Assembly: GCA_900088475.1 (NCBI GenBank)
Contig: FLMG01000658.1
Span: 6,293-70,292 of the forward strand
Reading direction: 5' to 3'
Length of the DNA: 64,000 nt
From: Hyphochytrium catenoides
Lineage: Eukaryota; Protista; Hyphochytriomycota
Below the pieces are notes generated by a model. The model saw only the letters and a list, made by a program, of their open reading frames with translations. It was not told the origin of the DNA and searched no databases. The first letter of the stretch is position 1. Every line of letters starts with the position of its first letter. Shown in pieces: positions 60,811 through 64,000 of this stretch. Position numbers and translations under genes: made by a program.

Positions 60811-63537
60811 TAGCGGCCAAAGACAACGACCTTCGAGATATGATGATCTGTTTACCTGAAAAATGGATCCCTACCTCGAGCTCATAGGTAGTTCCAAGGA
60901 TATTAAGTGCTAATAATGTAGAGAGGTGGACCTATTGGATGTGGGTTTGACCTTACAACCGAATGCATAGAAAAGCTTACTAGATGAATAAGATATTTCT
61001 GTAGCTGAAAGCCTTTGCGAGGCGTACGATGGGCAAAGTGTCCCGGGACGCCGTGCAGCGTACTGTCCTACCACTTCATGAAAATTATGCCCTTATCTAA
61101 AATGTTGGCATCATCAGCAGGTCTCTTGTGCTTCTTGTTGCCCGGCAAGGAGAAAAAAAGGAAGAGAGAGACTAACAGAACGGAAAGGAAGAAAATATCG
61201 CGAAGACGCGCCATATAGGTGCTGCGACAATCCTTTGAAATATGATGGGTTAGATAGGGAACTTGAGCTTTAAGACGATGAATGGCATGAACAAGGAGAA
61301 ATAGCGGTGACATGAAATGGATGAAAGGTTGAAGAAGAACAGCAATAGCGACAGATCCGTGAACACGATATTGATTGAACACGGAGCGGAAAGAAGTAGA
61401 AGGTGATAGCAACAGGGAGGATAGAGAGAGCAAGCAGAAGGGAGGGAGAGGACAAGGAAACAAATAAAGAAAGAAGAGGAGGGAGAACGAAGCAAAAGGG
61501 GACCAACGGAGGAGAGGCTGACATAAAAATGAGGCTGTAGAGAAGTGTTACTACTGTGCTAGCCTAGTTGAAAGAAGCATATAGAATAAAGTGACCGATA
61601 AAGGAAAGATTTACAAACGCACAGATAATAATAAAATGGCTGTTGGTCTCCACTTACCATGGCTTTATGGCTTCATACCAGAATCTCGCTGATCATCCAT
61701 GATAATAAAAATGCGCTTCAGGTTCTGAAGCGTGTTCGGTTGCGGCAGTGGGACCCTTCTCTTGTTTGCCTGGTCGAGTATGTGGTGCCTTTTCCTATTA
61801 TCCTCCTCCCTCTCCGATCGTTATCACTGAAGGAACCTATTTATGATTCTTCCTTCTCAGTATAATGATGGTGAATGTGAAGGAGAAGAAAACTGAAGAA
61901 AAATCAAGACTTCGCAGCTCTTGCCTCTTTTCCTTCTCCGAGTGGTTACTTCGTCGCTAACTCTAGTGCAAACACATTCTTCTTCTGACAGGTAAGAAAC
62001 AAAAAAAAACTGCAGCGTGGAGGAGGAGAGAGAGGGAGTGCTAAAGGATAACGATTATAGAAGGATATTATTTTAGAGGGATAGCAGTCGGGAAAGAGTT
62101 AGGTGTCTAAATAGGGAAGATACATACGAACGCGATAAGCTTAGGGGTTTATTAGCACTAGTAGAGAGGCGCGGCGACCTCTCTGCCTGTTTCTCACTCT
62201 TCGTCCTAGTCCCTGTGACATACCCAGCAAGTCTCTCCGCTGTGGACGTGTGGTCATGGCTTCATCAAGCCCACACAATCTTATGGTTTTCTGAAAATAC
62301 CGGTAGGGCCCGGAGGTGGTTTTATTATAGAGCTGAAAGGACAGAAGGTATGAATGGTGCTGCCATTGAAAGGGTTCACTCTGACGACGTTGAGCTTTAC
62401 AGCACCTAGAGACTGTCATAACAGCAAACTGCTGCGTAATGTGAGGGTGATCCCACAGAAGGTTGATTTTACCACCAGTTAGAGCGGAAGAAGGGTGCGC
62501 CGCATAGCCGGTCACCAAACTGCAGGGCGGAGTATTAGAATTCTTACTGGATCTTCTTTGTAATCACCATAGCTCCAACATATGAAGCAGATATTGTTCA
62601 ATATATTAGGCTCCTAGCGAAGAAGCGAAGATGATACCCCACGCCATTGGCTACAAACAGCAACTTTACTAACTACAATCTTCCCTGACTCCACAGACCC
62701 TAGCCCCAACAACCCAACTAACACTTCTCTGTTGGCGTTACACTGTGGTATACCTAGGGCAAAGCTTGCGTAGACGAACATACCAACAAGCGTTTATGGA
62801 AAGGAAGGGCTCAAGAAGTATGTGCTCCTTCTGCCGTTCAGGGCAGGCCCGTTTGGTCATTTCGCCTCGTTGTGACGGCTTCAATAACAGAATATTGGTA
62901 ATTATAGCTTTCCAATAGTCTTTCGCGTCTCCGTCTAGCTCTTCGGATCTATTAATGAGAATGTTTCCGCATTCTTGGAGAAGAATACCCGTATTGTCAA
63001 CAGGCGAAGTTGGAACGGCATTGGTGAGTAGCACGAGAAAACAGCTGTGGCCAGGATAATCCCAACGTCTTATGGGCAATGCAAGGAGTGGCAGCTGGTA
63101 AGCAAGAGAGGAGATCAGATCAGTGAGTCAATGCTCCAGGGTTTTGTGCTTGTTAGGCTTCTCCACAATTACTTTCCCCAAAGGTGACATGAAAGACATC
63201 TCCACAGTAGCCAGAGGTAGTAAGTCCAGGACGGAATCTTGTGGAGAACGAATAGTACCAGACAGATCATCACTGGTTTTGCCTCTCTCAGATGACAGCT
63301 AAAAAGTCTGGAAATCCAGCTTCGGCTGGTTCTGGGGATACCAGGTCCTCATCATTCCTTCTTCTTCAGTATTGTGCCCTGCCGGTTGATGCTGCGCCAA
63401 GGTAGGATGGCGTGACGGTGACTATAGCAAATGACGCACTTTGCCTGTGCGCTCAGTCACGATCGATAAGAGGACATAGTACCGACTCATTACCAGCTCC
63501 CTTCCTAGTATCCTGTTTCTTTTTTTCCTAAATAGAT

Positions 63538-63700
63538 AGAGGAAGATTGTGAGCTGGTTTAGCAAAAGTCTTCGCCTCGGCTAGCAGGCTTTGGATAAAA
63601 AGAGGAAGATTGTGAGCTGATTTAGCAAAGTCTTCGCTTCGGCTAGCCAGACCTCTTTGAAAACCAAACCTTCCGCAAAGAAAGACTTCTAAGCTGGTTC
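63538..63700. repeat. Two ~63-bp tandem copies plus flank; an inverted homologue of the 58855-59187 unit
   Basis: agaggaagattgtgagctg.tttagcaaa(a)gtcttcgc.tcggctagc occurs twice. The reverse complement (ttagaagtctttctttgcg...ctggctagccgaagcgaagactttgctaa) aligns with ttaagaagtcttcctctgcg...ctggccagctgaagcgaagacttagcaaa. Confidence 0.7.
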
Positions 63701-64000
63701 TAAGTCTTTATTGCCAACCGAACTTTTTATGGACGAAGTAACTTTATTAGCAGGGGATTACAATCTCAAGCCGGGATAGGGAGAGCAATAGGGACTATAG
63801 TTTCATCGATGAAAGAAGAGAATGAAGGAAGCAGCCGAAGACGAGTGAGGGGATAGAATAAGAGATGATGAGCCGCATCTCCGTCGTAAGAGCTAATTAG
63901 GCACTCGGTGGCCCATGGGACTCAGAACTACCCGTTCTCCTCGATACTTTAGATGGAGGCTACCTTCACCGCTAGCGCCTTGTTCTCTCTACCCGGTCGC

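Noticed and set aside
62141-63100. Possible LINE ORF1/gag relic (CFICWSYG)
   Set aside because: The zinc knuckle is incomplete and there are no collinear supporting motifs.
1-64000. tRNA, rRNA or snRNA genes; prokaryotic operon or defence island
   Set aside because: No cloverleaf or rRNA signatures were seen by eye (tRNAscan/Infernal not run). Spliceosomal introns indicate a eukaryote, so gene adjacency is not evidence of a shared system.

Overview
Eukaryotic genomic DNA, most likely from a protist. Short GT-AG introns with CTAAC/CTGAC-like branch points are common, and the organism cannot be fixed from the sequence alone. Gene-dense blocks alternate with decayed, repeat-rich blocks (about 1-1300, 8700-10600, 25000-29900 and 54600-64000). 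I spliced the gene models by hand. They are: an SPX + M14 aspartoacylase/desuccinylase fusion; a YrhK-like membrane protein; a tandem CGGBP1-like zinc-finger protein; a ~2765-aa protein fusing a FEN1/XPG-type (Asteroid-like) nuclease with all catalytic acids intact, a DEAH/RHA RNA helicase and a recently amplified array of paired C2H2-like fingers (the main finding); a Vps16-C/VIPAS39-like protein with a predicted acylated N-terminus; a tail-anchored TPR protein; an NSUN2/Trm4 homologue with its nucleophile Cys replaced by His and a degenerate SAM motif (probable pseudoenzyme); OHCU decarboxylase with a C-terminal extension; a bromodomain protein; a PH/coiled-coil/B-box/SAM scaffold; and an intronless secreted DPBB (loosenin/expansin-like) protein. 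The right end holds gag and copia-RT relics, a perfect 24-bp-stem hairpin and inverted repeat blocks. All domain calls come from motifs recognised by eye; no searches were run.
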